The notes beneath the pieces were generated by a model, which was not told where the DNA came from, did no database searches, and saw nothing but the letters and a program-made list of their open reading frames with translations. From the IMG/VR virus record IMGVR_UViG_2690316325_000023: a DNA stretch of 19,876 bases. The stretch is one strand, 5' to 3'. A program made the translations under genes and the position numbers. The first letter of the stretch is position 1; each line of letters starts with the position of its first letter. Positions 1-9,324 of the stretch are shown piece by piece. This stretch comes from a virus (taxonomy: Duplodnaviria > Heunggongvirae > Uroviricota > Caudoviricetes).

Positions 1-576
1 ATGCATTGCAGCATTATCAACTCGCTCTTCACGATGCCATTTTATAAAAATGAAAGTGGAATCACATTTTTAAATTTTATATGCTTGCTTGTTTTTCTGG
101 TGAAGTTATCCATCATTCACTGTTTTATTATCTTAAGGATGATGGAAATAGTAGGTTTTTTAATGATAATAAAACATATTCTTATGTTATTTAATTACAA
201 ACTTTTTTGATATGATTATGTATCAATACATTATATTACCCGATGTGCTACTGAATTATCGACTATTACTTTAATATTTAGTGATCGTAAACATGGTTCT
301 CCAGATTACTAAATTTCTGGCATCTTACAATATCATCATCTTCAAATAGTTAAATTAAGATTATGGCACTGCCAAAACAGATAAATTGAAGCAGTCTGGT
401 AGATATTGCAGAACAACCTTGATTCCAACGGCGAAATCATGTTTATCCTCCAGGTTGCCGCCCATATGGAGCTGAATATCATTCAGTCCACGCTTGATGA
501 GTCGATATCGCTATATCCATAGACAGGGTAGCTTTTTACACGAGAGTGTCCAGTGTTTTCTGGTAATGACTCCAAC

Positions 577-1080
577 TTACTGATAGTGTTTTATGTTCAG
601 ATAATGCCCGATGACCTTGTCATGCAGCTCCACCGATTTTGAGAACGACAGTGACTTCCGTCCCAGCCTTGCCAGATGTTGTCTCAGATTCAGGTTATGC
701 CGCTCAATTCGCTGAGTGTAACGCTTGCTGATTACGTGCAGCTTTCCCTTCAGGCGGGATTCATACAGCGGCCAGCCATCCGTCATCCATACCACGACCT
801 CAAAGGCCGACAGCAGGCTTAGAAGACGCTCCAGTGTGGCCAGAGTGCGTTCACCGAATACGTGCGCAACAACCGTCTTCCGGAGCCTGTCATACGCGTA
901 AAACAGCCAGCGCTGGCGCGATTTAGCCCCGACGTATCCCCACTGTTCGTCCATTTCCGCGCAGACGATGACGTCACTGCCCGGCTGTATGCGCGAGGTT
1001 ACCGACTGCGGCCTGAGTTTTTTAAATGGCGGAAAATCGTGTTGAGGCCAACGCCCATAATGCGGGCGGTTGCCCGGCAT
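577..1080 (-). CDS. insB: IS1 transposase InsB (expressed as the InsAB' fusion by frameshift)
   Basis: 167-aa translation ending ...[12 protein letters not shown] is the recognisable IS1 InsB sequence; overlaps insA in the -1 frame as in IS1. Confidence 0.9.
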   Translation of the reverse strand: MPGNRPHYGRWPQHDFPPFKKLRPQSVTSRIQPGSDVIVCAEMDEQWGYVGAKSRQRWLFYAYDRLRKTVVAHVFGERTLATLERLLSLLSAFEVVVWMTDGWPLYESRLKGKLHVISKRYTQRIERHNLNLRQHLARLGRKSLSFSKSVELHDKVIGHYLNIKHYQ

Positions 1081-1274
1081 CCAACGCCATTCATGGCCAT
1101 ATCAATGATTTTCTGGTGCGTACCGGGTTGAGAAGCGGTGTAAGTGAACTGCAGTTGCCATGTTTTACGGCAGTGAGAGCAGAGATAGCGCTGATGTCCG
1201 GCGGTGCTTTTGCCGTTACGCACCACCCCGTCAGTAGCTGAACAGGAGGGACAGCTGATAGAAACAGAAGCCAC
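999..1274 (-). CDS. insA: IS1 InsA transcriptional repressor / transposase N-terminal part
   Basis: 91-aa translation [23 protein letters not shown]... with zinc-finger Cys pairs is canonical IS1 InsA; starts on GTG 55 nt inside the IS end. Confidence 0.9.
   Translation of the reverse strand: MASVSISCPSCSATDGVVRNGKSTAGHQRYLCSHCRKTWQLQFTYTASQPGTHQKIIDMAMNGVGCRATARIMGVGLNTIFRHLKNSGRSR
1017..1023 (-). other. IS1 A6C programmed -1 ribosomal frameshift motif (TTAAAAAACTC on the coding strand)
   Basis: Plus-strand gagttttttaa at about 1015-1025 is the reverse complement of the IS1 slippery run, located in the insA/insB overlap. Confidence 0.7.
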
Positions 1275-1349
1275 TGGAGCACCTCAAAAACACCATCATA
1301 CACTAAATCAGTAAGTTGGCAGCATCACCAAACTGTTGAGGTTTCTACT

Positions 1350-2588
1350 TTATAAAGAATTGCTACTTTCTAATTCTGGGTTTCTGGATCTATTTTTACA
1401 ACCTAAATCCGAGTGGTAATTCGGTATATCGTTTGTCAAATCTTGTTTGATAGCATTAATTAAGATCATTATGTCGAATTTATGCATATCGTCGCCCCCT
1501 TCAGACCTTAGATGTTCGGATGTGGTGAGTTGAGTCGCTAATTTGCTGTTTGGCCCCCACACAATATTATTTTCGAATTTTCCTTCATGCATTCTGTTAT
1601 TATATATACAGTATTGTCTAATGTTTAATGCACTGGCTAAATGTACAATGGCAGTATCTACAGTTATAACAAAATCAGCATGGCGAACCAATGCAAATGA
1701 ACATCCGGCATCAGAAAATGGAGATAGAGACACATTATCCAATCCATTGTGATTAATCTGTTTTCCCATATTAAAAACTATTGTGTGATATCCCTTAAGG
1801 TTATTAAGGTAAGCTAGTACTTTGTTTATCTGTTCATCAGATAAGGTTCTGCTATTCTGAGAGCCATAAGGGTTAAATATAACTAATTTTTTGTTTTTCT
1901 TCCTGAATTCATTTGCAACAATATTTGCTGGTTCATATATTTTGTTGTCAAAATTAAGCGCTGCAGCATAATTATTATTTTTTATCTTTAGTAAAGATAA
2001 AACTTTTTTCATTCTTTCAGATGTGTGAATGGAACGATTATCGATTATATTTGTATCAAAAATAGTTACGGCAGGATGATTAAAACAGATAGAGTGTTTA
2101 GGTCTAAGTAAATGTAGTGTTTGCAATCTGGTTATCGCTGTGTTATCAAAATTTGAGAAGTCAACAACAAGATCTACATTCAGTTTTTTTATCTTTGCTT
2201 TTAGTTCGTTAAATTTATTTTTCTCGTAAGATATAAAGGCATCCACGCCAACAATATCAGTAAAGAGGAATGATACTCTTGAAGGTGCTATCACATATAC
2301 CACCATACCGGATTTTTGAAGTTGTTTAATAAACCCTGAGGTAACGATGCCGTCACCAATGGCTTGCATGTGCATGAAAATGCACACTGTTTTATAACTA
2401 TCCGGCTGTAATGATGTTTTCCTTCTGTATCGCATTTTTAGAAATGCCAGTCTGGCCTTCGTCTTTATCTTTTTTGTTTTAATATTTCGCTGTCTGTTAA
2501 GCTGTTTTAATGATGAAATAACATTCATAATGGTACCCTGAAATTCCAAATCACACATGTCATCCGAAATGAGCAGGGTACTATACAA
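1350..2588 (-). CDS. Glycosyltransferase family 9 (ADP-heptose:LPS heptosyltransferase-like) protein; accessory cargo gene
   Basis: The translation carries GT9 signatures: an N-terminal KTVCIFMHMQAIGDGIV segment (compare WaaC MRVLIVKTSSMGDV) and a C-terminal FVITVDTAIVHLASAL segment (compare WaaC FVVSVDTGLSHLTAAL). About 30% GC versus about 55% in the phage genes. The true start is probably an internal Met (for example MRYRRK..., near 2435), since the first ~50 codons look like a low-complexity extension. Confidence 0.6.
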   Translation of the reverse strand: MYSTLLISDDMCDLEFQGTIMNVISSLKQLNRQRNIKTKKIKTKARLAFLKMRYRRKTSLQPDSYKTVCIFMHMQAIGDGIVTSGFIKQLQKSGMVVYVIAPSRVSFLFTDIVGVDAFISYEKNKFNELKAKIKKLNVDLVVDFSNFDNTAITRLQTLHLLRPKHSICFNHPAVTIFDTNIIDNRSIHTSERMKKVLSLLKIKNNNYAAALNFDNKIYEPANIVANEFRKKNKKLVIFNPYGSQNSRTLSDEQINKVLAYLNNLKGYHTIVFNMGKQINHNGLDNVSLSPFSDAGCSFALVRHADFVITVDTAIVHLASALNIRQYCIYNNRMHEGKFENNIVWGPNSKLATQLTTSEHLRSEGGDDMHKFDIMILINAIKQDLTNDIPNYHSDLGCKNRSRNPELESSNSL

Positions 2589-2622
2589 AAAACTGGACTA
2601 CAATGGTTTGAAATGAAAGCCT

Positions 2623-3222
2623 TTATGCTTGTTTACTCCTTGATTCCACTGGGGAAGCTGGCCACTCAATATCCGGTGCTCTTGATGTATCAACACGGTT
2701 CAGCAGCACTCGATACTTCTTCCAGGCTTCCAGCAACGAGATTTCTTCCTCCGTTGCGATTTCCAGATCTACAGCATCCTGAAGTGGCGCAATATGCTCA
2801 CTGGCTACCTGCATCAGGCTGTTTTTTGTTTCTTCTGCCTCCCGGATCCGGAACAGTTTTTCTGCTTCCGTATCCTTCACCCAGGCTGTGCCGTTCCACT
2901 TCTGATATTCCCCTTCCGGCGACGACCAGGTAACATTTTCCGGTAACGGACCGAGTTCAGAAATAAATAACGCGTCGCCGGAAGCCACGTCATAAACCGT
3001 TTTACCACGATGATCTTCAACGAGATGCCAAGACGCCCCATCACTGTTGAAAACAGCCACGAAGCCAGCTGGAATATCTGGCGGAGCAATATCAGTACTA
3101 TTTGCAGGCAGACCTGTATGAGGTGGAATGTATGCATCATCTTCACCAATAAATTCATTGGTTCCGACCAGCAGATTATAAATTTTTATGGTTCGTGGTT
3201 GTTCACTCATTCTGAATGCCAT
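2623..3222 (-). CDS. G: Tail fibre assembly chaperone (P2 gpG-like)
   Basis: Position immediately after tail fibre gene with TAATG stop/start overlap at 3220-3224; size and N-terminal sequence consistent with P2 G family. Confidence 0.8.
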   Translation of the reverse strand: MAFRMSEQPRTIKIYNLLVGTNEFIGEDDAYIPPHTGLPANSTDIAPPDIPAGFVAVFNSDGASWHLVEDHRGKTVYDVASGDALFISELGPLPENVTWSSPEGEYQKWNGTAWVKDTEAEKLFRIREAEETKNSLMQVASEHIAPLQDAVDLEIATEEEISLLEAWKKYRVLLNRVDTSRAPDIEWPASPVESRSKQA

Positions 3223-5333
3223 TATGCAAGCCTCACAATATAGTTAAATGCGATGTTTTTTACGGTGTTTTCCGCGTTGCCATAAGCGGCAATGGTAATG
3301 GTGTGTGTGTGCGAACCAATAGCGAGCGTATGTGTATGCGCACCTATTGCTACTGTGTGAGTATGAGCTCCTGCGCTTAATACGCGATTACTTGCTGCCT
3401 TGCTTGTGTTAGTTGCATGCATTCCACCACCGGTACCGGGAGTTTCTGCGTATGCTGAAGTATTGTTGTAAGCAAAGTTGTGTGTATGTGCTCCGGTGTT
3501 ATTTGTGGATTTAGTTCCGTAATCAAACGACGATGTGGTTTTCGTCCCCAAATCCGTACTGGATGCGCTGGCGCTGTGGGTGTGCGATTTAATGCCGTCC
3601 TGTTCCTGAGACAATACGGCCCGACCACTGGCAGGTTTGCCCTTAATCGTCCAGCCACGCATATCAGGGATCACGCCTGACGGATAAGCGACTGCAAGTT
3701 TCGGGTAGGCAGATTTGTCAAAAGTCTGCCCCTGCATCAGGGCATAACCAGACGGAACGGTATCCGATGGCCACGGGATTGGTGCGCCAGGCGGATAAAA
3801 CTGCTCTGATGGCGTATAGAGTGAATAAACTGTACCGTCCGTTAACCCTTCCGGCTTATTAGCAGAATATGCTGGTGACGTATGAATCGTCACGCTGGCA
3901 TTACTGGTATAATCCCATTGAATATTTACACCAGTCGCATAATTTCCGATTGCAACGTAAATATCGTAAGTATCACCAGATGTATTGACCCAGGCAAAAT
4001 TTGTAAACCCTGCCGATGTGCGCTGCCATAAAGCACCAGTAATCCCCTTCGGATTACCATTACCTGCACGCAAAACAATTTCAGATATACCTGCCTGTTG
4101 AGGTGAACCGACGTTATATCCAGCGCCACCAATCAACGTAATTGAAACAACAGAACTCGCCTGTGGCATGGTTACCGTTGCTAATTTGAACCAACCAGCA
4201 CCACCTCTGAATGACATTGTTGTTGAGTTAAGCGTACCAATATCTTTCGGTGTCAGTGTTATATCCGCTGAAAGCGCCTTACCATTCACCTTACGGGCAG
4301 AAGGTACCCGACCATTCGCATTGTCATTAGCTGCTTTCACTGCTTTCGGTGTCGCAGCAAGCGTTTCAGATGCGCTGTTAGTCGCGCTGCTTAGCTGGAC
4401 AATTCCTTTTTGTGCTGTCGTAGCGTCCTGAGCGGTATATTTCCCGTTAGCAAGGTCATAGGCTGCCTTTACCGACTTTGGCGTTGCCGCCAGCGTTTCA
4501 GACGTGCTGTTGGTGGCGCTACTGAGCTGGACAAGGCCTTTCCGCGCTGTGGTGGCATCCTGCGCAGTATATTTCCCGTTAGCAAGGTCATATGCTGCCT
4601 TTACCGCCATTGGTGTTGCCGCCAGCGTTTCTGAATCGCTGTTGGTGGCGCTACTGAGCTGGACAAGTCCTTTCCGCGCTGTAGTGGCGTCCTGTGCGGT
4701 ATATTTCCCGTTAGCAAGGTCATAGGCTGCCTTGACCGCTTTCGGCGTTGCGGCCAGTGCTTCAGACGTGCTGTTGGTGGCGCTACTGAGTTGAACAAAG
4801 CCTTTTGCAGTCAGCGAGGCGTCCGGGTGACGTCGTGACTGTTCATGCTCTTTCAGTTTGTCATCCACGTAATCCACTGTGGCCATCACCATGGTGTTAT
4901 CCACGGTAAGCGCCACGGTGGCCGTGCTGGATACGGTCAGAATGGTGCGAAATGTTTGTGCACGTCCGGACCCTTCGGCAACGGTTGGTTTGTAACTTTC
5001 GGCAGTATTGCCCACCGCGATTAAATCGCCGTGCTCATCAAATACACCAATTTCCCGGATCCAGAATCCGCCCGTTTCAGGAGGAATAACCAGCTCTGCA
5101 ATAATGCGGTTCTGATGTGTTGCGTCCAGGATGACGCGATTAACAGTGTGTCGCCACACCTCATGCACAAGACGGGTCTGCTTACTGTCTGGCGAGGGCA
5201 ACGTGCCGCCGCCGTCACCCACGGCCATGTGAGTCAGGCGGACCGGTTTACCATCTGGTGTGGCTGCCTGCGCTAATTTTTTTTCACCCGTATCGGTGAT
5301 AACGGTTTTAAATTTTCGTGTTGTGGTACTCAT
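3222..5333 (-). CDS. H: Tail fibre protein (P2 gpH-like) with internal 44-aa tandem repeats and a His-rich C-terminal tip
   Basis: 703 aa; N-terminal ~170 aa typical of P2 H. Four (3.7) tandem 44-aa repeats [44 protein letters not shown]. C-terminus has GAHTHT / SHTHT His-x-His repeats typical of fibre tips. Confidence 0.9.
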   Translation of the reverse strand: MSTTTRKFKTVITDTGEKKLAQAATPDGKPVRLTHMAVGDGGGTLPSPDSKQTRLVHEVWRHTVNRVILDATHQNRIIAELVIPPETGGFWIREIGVFDEHGDLIAVGNTAESYKPTVAEGSGRAQTFRTILTVSSTATVALTVDNTMVMATVDYVDDKLKEHEQSRRHPDASLTAKGFVQLSSATNSTSEALAATPKAVKAAYDLANGKYTAQDATTARKGLVQLSSATNSDSETLAATPMAVKAAYDLANGKYTAQDATTARKGLVQLSSATNSTSETLAATPKSVKAAYDLANGKYTAQDATTAQKGIVQLSSATNSASETLAATPKAVKAANDNANGRVPSARKVNGKALSADITLTPKDIGTLNSTTMSFRGGAGWFKLATVTMPQASSVVSITLIGGAGYNVGSPQQAGISEIVLRAGNGNPKGITGALWQRTSAGFTNFAWVNTSGDTYDIYVAIGNYATGVNIQWDYTSNASVTIHTSPAYSANKPEGLTDGTVYSLYTPSEQFYPPGAPIPWPSDTVPSGYALMQGQTFDKSAYPKLAVAYPSGVIPDMRGWTIKGKPASGRAVLSQEQDGIKSHTHSASASSTDLGTKTTSSFDYGTKSTNNTGAHTHNFAYNNTSAYAETPGTGGGMHATNTSKAASNRVLSAGAHTHTVAIGAHTHTLAIGSHTHTITIAAYGNAENTVKNIAFNYIVRLA
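4314..4802 (-). repeat. 132-bp in-frame tandem repeat array (about 3.7 copies) inside tail fibre gene H
   Basis: The motif cccgttagcaaggtcata recurs at about 4443, 4575 and 4707 (period 132 bp), matching the 44-aa protein repeat. Confidence 0.85.
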
Positions 5334-5335
5334 GC

Positions 5336-5866
5336 TTAATCGTCCGGATAAATGGTAATGACTTCACCGTCGTAAGTTGCTGCCGCCGCGAAAATATCCC
5401 CCGGAATTTCCTGAATGATATTCAGCCCTGTCATGTGGCGGCTGACCGGGCGGGCATCAGCAATCAACCGCTCCATTTCCAGATACATTTCCTCCGTCAC
5501 GCCACTGTCCAGCGTGCCGACTTCAACGGTAAATGTTCCCGGTTCTCCGCCGAACTCCCACCACTCAGACACGCGAATGAGGTATCCCAGCGGCTCAATG
5601 GCCCGGCGCAGTGCGCTGATGGTTCCTTTGTGTCGGTGTATCAGCCATGCATCACGAATCACCTGTCGCTTTGTCTCTTCCGGCCAGTTGCGATCCCAGC
5701 GGTCAACGGAAAATGCCCAGGCGAGATAAGGCAGCAGATGCACCGGGCAGGTGTCCGGTGACCACAGCGTGTTGAGGTCTACCGGGATGTCTGTAATGCG
5801 CGCTCCGACAGCTTCGGCGCAACGCATGAAATTGCTGGCTGATGGCGGTAACAGTGAATTACTCAT
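5336..5866 (-). CDS. I: Baseplate/tail protein (P2 gpI-like)
   Basis: Translation from the internal Met (MSNSLLPP...) gives 176 aa, the P2 gpI length; gene order J-I-H. The ORF track's longer 187-aa version (to 5899) would overlap J more extensively. Confidence 0.8.
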   Translation of the reverse strand: MSNSLLPPSASNFMRCAEAVGARITDIPVDLNTLWSPDTCPVHLLPYLAWAFSVDRWDRNWPEETKRQVIRDAWLIHRHKGTISALRRAIEPLGYLIRVSEWWEFGGEPGTFTVEVGTLDSGVTEEMYLEMERLIADARPVSRHMTGLNIIQEIPGDIFAAAATYDGEVITIYPDD

Positions 5867-6755
5867 TACGCCCACCTTCGCTGATGGTGAATGACTCACA
5901 GCGCGCCGCCTGTATGTCGCTGATGGCCATATTCTGTGTGGGTTCGATTATCTCCACGCGTTGCACACCGTGCACATGCAGTGCGGCAGCAATGGCGGAC
6001 AACGCCACGTCCTGACCGATAAGCCCCTGCTCAGCCAGCCACTTCCTGAACGACGATTCAGCTGCGGCCAGAATAGGTTCGGATTCCGGGCCGGGGTAAA
6101 AGTACAGTTTTGCATTCAGCCGCCATGTCACGATTCTGGCGCTCTGTACCGTCAGGCGGTCGGCCACCGGGCGGGTATCCTCTGCATTCAGAACGGCGCG
6201 AACGGTATTAAGCAACGCCTCCGTTGCTGTGCCGTCGCCTTCAGTGGACAGGATGGAAACCGTCACATTGGCCGGAGACGGACTGATAGCCCGCGCATCA
6301 CGCACCAGACCGCTGGCGCTGCGGGCAAAATACTCGTATGCACCTGACGGGCCAGCAACACTCAGGCCGTCGTACGCCCGCTGCGCCCGCAGTCTAAGCG
6401 AGGTGTCGCTCTCCATCACCGCGTCGGTGGTATCCGTTGCCGGAGTGATAACCAGGCGCTTTGTGTTCATATTGCCCGCGAGGTTGTCCAGGTCTGTCCC
6501 GGCGCTGTGGCTTAACATGCAGGCGCGTGCACCCTCATTGACCCGCTGGCGTAACAGCATTTCACGAAACGCTGTTGTCTGGGCGATAACGTTAAGGGGT
6601 TCCGATTCCAGCTCCAGCGCGGCGGAAACGGCTTCACGCTGTTCGGCGGGATAGGACGCAATCATCATGGCTTTTGTGTCAGCCAGAATTGCTTCAAAGT
6701 CAGGCTCCGCGATGATGGCGGGTTCCGGTAACTGGGAAAGGTCAACGGCGGGCAT
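5859..6755 (-). CDS. J: Baseplate assembly protein J (P2 gpJ-like)
   Basis: 298 aa, position between W and I, sequence character of the P2 J family. Confidence 0.88.
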   Translation of the reverse strand: MPAVDLSQLPEPAIIAEPDFEAILADTKAMMIASYPAEQREAVSAALELESEPLNVIAQTTAFREMLLRQRVNEGARACMLSHSAGTDLDNLAGNMNTKRLVITPATDTTDAVMESDTSLRLRAQRAYDGLSVAGPSGAYEYFARSASGLVRDARAISPSPANVTVSILSTEGDGTATEALLNTVRAVLNAEDTRPVADRLTVQSARIVTWRLNAKLYFYPGPESEPILAAAESSFRKWLAEQGLIGQDVALSAIAAALHVHGVQRVEIIEPTQNMAISDIQAARCESFTISEGGRNE

Positions 6756-6758
6756 GAT

Positions 6759-7109
6759 TTACTCCCTCAGCGTGATGGTTAATTCAACATTCTGCATGGT
6801 CTGCATGACAGTGCCCGACAGCGTCACCCCGGCGCGGCCTCCTGCCTTCCAGACAACGTCGATGGCGTCCAGGGCAATGCGGGGTTCCCATCGTGTCAGT
6901 GCAATCACGGCAGCACTCATGCATTGCAGACGCGTGGTGTTATTCATGGGTTCGTCAATCAAATCAGGCAAAAGGCTGCCATATTCCCGTCGCATAACCC
7001 GGCTTGCCAGCGGGGTGGTCAGGATGTCCCTGACTGACTGTTTCAGGTGCTCCATATCGTTCAGGTTTCCCGTCCCGTCCGGGTTCATTCCTGTGTAGCG
7101 GGTTGTCAC
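6759..7109 (-). CDS. W: Baseplate protein W (gpW/gp25 family)
   Basis: 116 aa; P2 gpW is 115 aa; sits between V and J. Confidence 0.88.
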   Translation of the reverse strand: MTTRYTGMNPDGTGNLNDMEHLKQSVRDILTTPLASRVMRREYGSLLPDLIDEPMNNTTRLQCMSAAVIALTRWEPRIALDAIDVVWKAGGRAGVTLSGTVMQTMQNVELTITLRE

Positions 7110-7687
7110 TGCGGGCCTCCTGTCGAATCGCTGCCACCTTTAACGCCACCGTGCTTATGTGTATGCACTGTGATGCCGTTTGAGGTGAAATTGCCGCCGC
7201 TGTGCGTGATATTGCCGCTCATCTTTCCCCCTTTTGTGACGTCAAGCGTCGCCGTTCTCAGAAGGTTTGTGCATTCCACGACGGGCGTGTCCAGTGTCAC
7301 GCTGACGGATGCCTGCAGGCTGGCTGTTTTCATGCCGCTGGCGCTCAGTGCGCCTGCGTCCGCGTCGTAGCGGAACACCGCGCCATCCGGCGCGCTGACC
7401 ACGATTTCTTTCAGGCTTTTGCCGGGGGCCGGACTGGCATCACTCCACAGGCTGCCAATTATCATGGCGGTTTCCGGGTTGCCGCCGATGCAGGCAATGA
7501 CCACCTGTTCGCCGGGTGATGGCGGCAGCCACACATTGAAGGCTCCCGCGCGCGTGGTGTTCCAGCGTAACCAGCCTGTTTCCAGTTCGCCGCTGCGAAC
7601 GCGCACGCACCAGGACTTCTCATCAACTTCAGAGATGATCCCGGTGCGGATGACATTGCTCAGCAGTCGCATGAGTTCTGCGCTCAC
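7106..7687 (-). CDS. V: Baseplate central spike protein V (P2 gpV-like)
   Basis: 193 aa with Gly-rich C-terminus; 4-nt overlaps with S and W as in P2 late operons. Confidence 0.88.
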   Translation of the reverse strand: MSAELMRLLSNVIRTGIISEVDEKSWCVRVRSGELETGWLRWNTTRAGAFNVWLPPSPGEQVVIACIGGNPETAMIIGSLWSDASPAPGKSLKEIVVSAPDGAVFRYDADAGALSASGMKTASLQASVSVTLDTPVVECTNLLRTATLDVTKGGKMSGNITHSGGNFTSNGITVHTHKHGGVKGGSDSTGGPQ

Positions 7688-8328
7688 CGTACAGCCTCCG
7701 CAATCCGGCCCAGCACCGTGTTATAAATCAGGCGCTCATCTGCCTGGCTGATACCCAGCAGCTCACGTACCGGGTAATCGGTGAAAATGCCCGGCGCAAC
7801 CTGATCGCGCTCACCGAACTGATGAACGCGTGCAATACGTGCGGCCACGCCGCTGTAACCCACCGTCACACCGGAAGCATCTGCACGGGTTTTCAGGTAG
7901 CGGGCGGTGCGCAGTTTTACGAACATGGGGACGCGCCTGGTGCTGTCCTGGTTGATGCGCCGGGTGCGTATTTCCAGAAAACGGTCGATGTCATCCCGGT
8001 AAAACGTGCGGATATTGTTTTTATCCTCATCCCACCCGGTAATGGTTCGCCCGTATTTCCCCGTGTCGTGATGCCAGTTTTTCAGCGTGCGTGCTTCGTT
8101 ATTCCAGATAAAGCGAATGCGTTCCTGTATCCGGGTTACGCGGCGTCTGCGTGGTGTCCACGCGGTCCCGTCCGGCGCTTTCTGTGACCGGATACGCGCC
8201 TGCTGGGCGCGGCGTAAATCCTGTGCCAGCTTTCTGGCGATGTTATTGATGGCCTGCTGATTCAGGCTGTCGCGGATGGCCTCAAAGGTTTCATCCACGC
8301 GGGTGAATGCCTTATCCATCGCTTTCAC
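7684..8328 (-). CDS. S: Tail completion / virion morphogenesis protein (P2 gpS-like), longer than P2 S
   Basis: Position between R and V. At 214 aa it is longer than the ~150 aa I recall for P2 S, so identity rests mainly on synteny. Confidence 0.6.
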   Translation of the reverse strand: MKAMDKAFTRVDETFEAIRDSLNQQAINNIARKLAQDLRRAQQARIRSQKAPDGTAWTPRRRRVTRIQERIRFIWNNEARTLKNWHHDTGKYGRTITGWDEDKNNIRTFYRDDIDRFLEIRTRRINQDSTRRVPMFVKLRTARYLKTRADASGVTVGYSGVAARIARVHQFGERDQVAPGIFTDYPVRELLGISQADERLIYNTVLGRIAEAVR

Positions 8329-8779
8329 CCCACGTCACATCCTGGAATACATGCGACCAGTCGCCTTCGGAAGAGGGCAGACGGGGTTTTGGCTCCGGCA
8401 GGTGTTCTGCCTGCGGTGTGCCCTGACTGTTGCGCGTGATGCGAACGCGTTCCCGCAGGGGGAGCGTAAACAGGAGGTCGGCGCTGTCATCGTCATTGAT
8501 AACGGCGGAGAATTTGATGTCCTGATTACGCTCAGGGTTGAGCAGCAACTGTGGCTGATTTTCGGATAACCACGCCAGCAGCGGCAGCGTGAGGTCATCC
8601 AGCTCCCCGGCGTAATCCATGACAAACATCACCATCTGATAGCGGTAAACAAACGAGGGCGTTTCTCCGGTCGTTTCAATGTTGCCGCTCTCCACGAAAA
8701 TGGTGAATTTTTCCGGGTTGGCCTGACACCATCGGCATGAACGGGTCATGGCTTCACGCAGGGAATCAGTTTTCAGCAT
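8312..8779 (-). CDS. R: Tail completion protein R (P2 gpR-like)
   Basis: 155 aa, same length as P2 gpR; MLKTDSLR... N-terminus and LLAWL.ENQP motif resemble P2 R. Confidence 0.8.
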   Translation of the reverse strand: MLKTDSLREAMTRSCRWCQANPEKFTIFVESGNIETTGETPSFVYRYQMVMFVMDYAGELDDLTLPLLAWLSENQPQLLLNPERNQDIKFSAVINDDDSADLLFTLPLRERVRITRNSQGTPQAEHLPEPKPRLPSSEGDWSHVFQDVTWGESDG

Positions 8780-9086
8780 GGTTGTTGTCCTCGTTGTTCA
8801 GTCGTTGCAGCCTGCGCTGTTCCAGTAATTCAATGGCCCGTTTATCCGCGTTACAGGTTTCCAGTGCATCCAGAAGGCGGTCGCCCCATATACCGAGATT
8901 TCCCCATGTGGGAGTGTCAGGGAAGGGGGGAGGCGTTACCGGTATGGTCAGCGTCTGCGGTATAAGCCGGACTGACGGCGCTGGCCGTGGCGCGTTCTGC
9001 GTGCCTGCGCAACCTGTCAGTAAAACGAGCGTCAGGCAAAGCGTGGGCGCATTCATCTTTTGCAATATCGTTGCGTAGCTGTTCAC
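8766..9086 (-). CDS. lysC: Outer-membrane spanin (Rz1 / LysC-like lipoprotein), overlapped with lysB
   Basis: Signal peptide with lipobox LLTGC followed by a proline-rich mature region; starts inside the i-spanin gene in another frame and extends past it. Confidence 0.75.
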   Translation of the reverse strand: MNSYATILQKMNAPTLCLTLVLLTGCAGTQNAPRPAPSVRLIPQTLTIPVTPPPFPDTPTWGNLGIWGDRLLDALETCNADKRAIELLEQRRLQRLNNEDNNHAEN

Positions 9087-9324
9087 GTCTGGCCTCTCCG
9101 TCCTGATTGCGTTGCTGATTTTCCGCGCGGAGTTGTGCCAGCACCTGCTGCATATCCTGTACCCCGGCGCTGATGATATTCAGGGTGTCGACGGTACTTT
9201 TCAGGGTGCTGGCCTGCGCTTCGTTTCTGGCGTTCTCCCGGCCCAGTGACCACGACAGACGCATGGATGCTCCCCAGGCGGCAATCAGAAGAAAAGCGAC
9301 GCCCAGCGTGGGCCAGAGCTTCAT
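8917..9324 (-). CDS. lysB: Inner-membrane spanin (Rz / LysB-like)
   Basis: From the internal Met MKLWPTLGVAFLLIAAWG: N-terminal TM helix then a charged, coiled-coil-like region. Its ATG overlaps the endolysin TGA (ATGA at 9321-9324). The ORF track's upstream extension is probably not translated. Confidence 0.75.
   Translation of the reverse strand: MKLWPTLGVAFLLIAAWGASMRLSWSLGRENARNEAQASTLKSTVDTLNIISAGVQDMQQVLAQLRAENQQRNQDGEARREQLRNDIAKDECAHALPDARFTDRLRRHAERATASAVSPAYTADADHTGNASPLP

Larger units (their letters stand above)
562..1329 (-). mobile_element. IS1 insertion sequence, complete 768-bp copy
   Basis: Both IS1 terminal inverted repeats read directly: ggtaatgactccaacttactgat at 562 and atcagtaagttggcagcatcacc ending 1329. 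Internal ORFs translate to canonical InsA and InsB. Element length and the ORF-to-end distances (15 nt after insB stop, 55 nt before insA start) match IS1. Confidence 0.93.

Noticed and set aside
862-1241. Plus-strand ORFs (862-1131, 1026-1241) inside IS1
   Set aside because: Antisense to the known insA/insB genes of IS1; not known IS1 products.
4168-4725. Three overlapping plus-strand ORFs (4168-4431, 4410-4634, 4504-4725) with repetitive translations
   Set aside because: They are the antisense image of the 132-bp tandem repeats inside tail-fibre gene H; the repetition comes from the repeats, not from a separate gene.
4314-4802. Regularly spaced repeats that could suggest a CRISPR array
   Set aside because: The units are 132 bp, contiguous with no unique spacers, in frame within a protein-coding gene and translate to a coherent 44-aa motif. 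No CRISPR array was seen anywhere in the window.
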